From Octopus sinensis (taxonomy: Eukaryota), in the NCBI RefSeq assembly GCF_006345805.1, contig NC_043007.1:37820001-37884000 (forward strand): a stretch of 64,000 bases of DNA. Direction: 5' to 3'. Below are positions 63,176 to 64,000 of the stretch, in pieces. The notes under the pieces were generated by a model, which was not told the DNA's origin, ran no database searches, and saw only the letters and a program-made list of their open reading frames with translations. The stretch's first letter is position 1. Each line of letters opens with the position of its first letter. A program made the position numbers and the translations under genes.

Positions 63176-64000
63176 GAAATATAAAGTAAAACTTCAACTG
63201 TCATTCTGTCTTTACTTCTGCATTTCATTTCACACTGTTTCAGACGTAACAAGTTTTTATCCATTACACACACACACACACACACAAATATACAGATGTG
63301 AATATATAATCATATCAAAGGGAAATGGAAATTAATTAAAATTTACATTTCCAGTGGTCTAACGTGTAAAAATTTAGTCCAAAAGACTATGTATTAGTCA
63401 TAAGATACAGTGTAGATTTAAACACACGAGAAATCCAGCAACATTCCTGTCGAATTTTATCCCTAATTTTGTGGTTATAGAACCTAGCTGTTCTTTCTAG
63501 CGTGTTGAATCCCATGAGTGGATTTCTCATGTGTTTAAATGTACACTGCATCTAATGTGAATATATATATATAGATATATTACACACACACACACACAAA
63601 CACATACAGTTATAGATACACCAACAGTCCAACTCATGCCAACATGGAAAATGGATGTTAAATAATGATGATACACATAGGTATATACATACACATAGGT
63701 ATATACATAGGCACAAGTACATACATTCATGTGCATACATGCATGCATAGGAGTAGAGCATTCTTTCATATATTGTAACTGAAAGACTCATAATTTCACT
63801 ACTCAAGTTACATGTTATCAATGACTCAGCTGATAAATCAAACTAGTTTCTCCTTCAAATATCTGTTGTTTGAATACATTTTGAAATATTACGAAGAAAA
63901 TGCTTATCTTTATAATAAATCTCTGAACGAGGTATAAACAGTAACTGCACGACAATGTGAAGTATATTTGCCATCTAAATATGGCTAACCACTAACGGTG

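Overview
AT-rich, repeat-dense eukaryotic DNA. The SINE families and dense (TA)n/(CA)n/(ATT)n microsatellites look like an Octopus (coleoid cephalopod) genome; this is recognition from memory, not a search. I can support only one host exon: a 113-nt minus-strand exon (16053-16165) encoding part of a calponin-homology domain of the LMO7/LIMCH1 family. The rest of the window is therefore probably very long intron. It contains at least five SINE families, decayed mariner elements, TTAA MITEs, non-autonomous Helitrons, 3' LINE fragments (CR1/L2-like, RTE, probable L1/Tx1) and Penelope-like (PLE) remnants. The most notable structure is at RNA level. There are several minimal type-I hammerhead ribozyme motifs of the PLE type (one essentially intact, three on the host's sense strand), a 146-bp near-perfect hairpin whose two mismatches become G-U pairs in the host pre-mRNA, and further inverted repeats that could be ADAR substrates. 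Retroposon observations include an Alu-like dimeric SINE, two SINE/LINE shared 3' tails, modular SINEs with swapped 3' halves and head-to-tail SINE arrays. Nearly all ORFs in the supplied track are spurious or transposon remnants. Repeat boundaries were read by eye and are approximate.
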